From: Sulfurimonadaceae bacterium
Lineage (GTDB): Bacteria; Campylobacterota; Campylobacteria; Campylobacterales; Sulfurimonadaceae
Reading direction: 5' to 3'
Assembly: GCA_041571435.1 (NCBI GenBank)
Contig: JBFFUI010000048.1
Span: 1-14,561, forward strand
Length of the DNA stretch: 14,561 nucleotides
Program-made: the position numbers and the translations under genes
The notes under the pieces: model-generated
What the model was told of the DNA's origin: nothing
Seen by the model: the letters and a program-made list of their open reading frames with translations, nothing else
The model's database searches: none
Shown: positions 14,403 to 14,561 of the stretch, piece after piece
Numbering within the stretch: position 1 is the first letter of the stretch
Layout of the letters: each line of letters starts with the position of its first letter

Positions 14403-14561
14403 TTAATTAAACAGTGCCTGATAGATCTTTTTGTTCTTCTTGTCGCTTCTGCTTCCCACTAACGACCAAAAATAGAGCTCGTTTTCGCCGTCATCAAAGA
14501 TCAGCGTGCCGATATCTTTAAAATCTATGGTGATCAACACCATGTCGACATCGATCTCGTA
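14403..14561 (-). CDS. 3' end of a gene truncated by the window edge (unknown product)
   Basis: Open frame YEIDVDMVLITIDFKDIGTLIFDDGENELYFWSLVGSRSDKKNKKIYQALFN* running off the window end. Confidence 0.7.
   Translation of the reverse strand, partial: YEIDVDMVLITIDFKDIGTLIFDDGENELYFWSLVGSRSDKKNKKIYQALFN

Noticed and set aside
1-14561. CRISPR array, tRNA/rRNA, integrase or transposase genes
   Set aside because: I saw no regularly spaced direct repeats, cloverleaf or rRNA signatures, or recombinase/transposase motifs.

Overview
A 14.6 kb bacterial chromosomal window. Gene content (CASDH/NspC, MFS-PlsC Aas-like fusion, stand-alone FTR catalytic subunit, AAGGA-type RBS, TGnTATAAT promoters) suggests Campylobacterota, probably Sulfurimonas/Sulfurovum-like; this is inference. 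The left end (1-2110) carries a rhodanese gene, a frameshifted small ORF and an AT-rich pair of cassette-like genes (DUF4386, excalibur). One well-formed attC site separates the pair and several decayed attC-like sequences flank it, with no integrase in the window. The best candidate for an uncharacterised system is a four-gene minus-strand operon (2124-4939) under three Fur-type boxes. It encodes an outer-membrane beta-barrel, an exported FMN-binding protein with a TGAT flavinylation motif, and two paralogous His/Glu/Met-bearing membrane proteins, suggesting flavin-dependent reductive iron uptake. The rest is mostly housekeeping: DUF2892, DUF695/RraB, LplT-PlsC, dgkA, CASDH, a Bax-like glucosaminidase, nspC, a lipoprotein, an FTR catalytic subunit and a REP-like palindrome. 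No database searches were run; family calls come from motif recognition.
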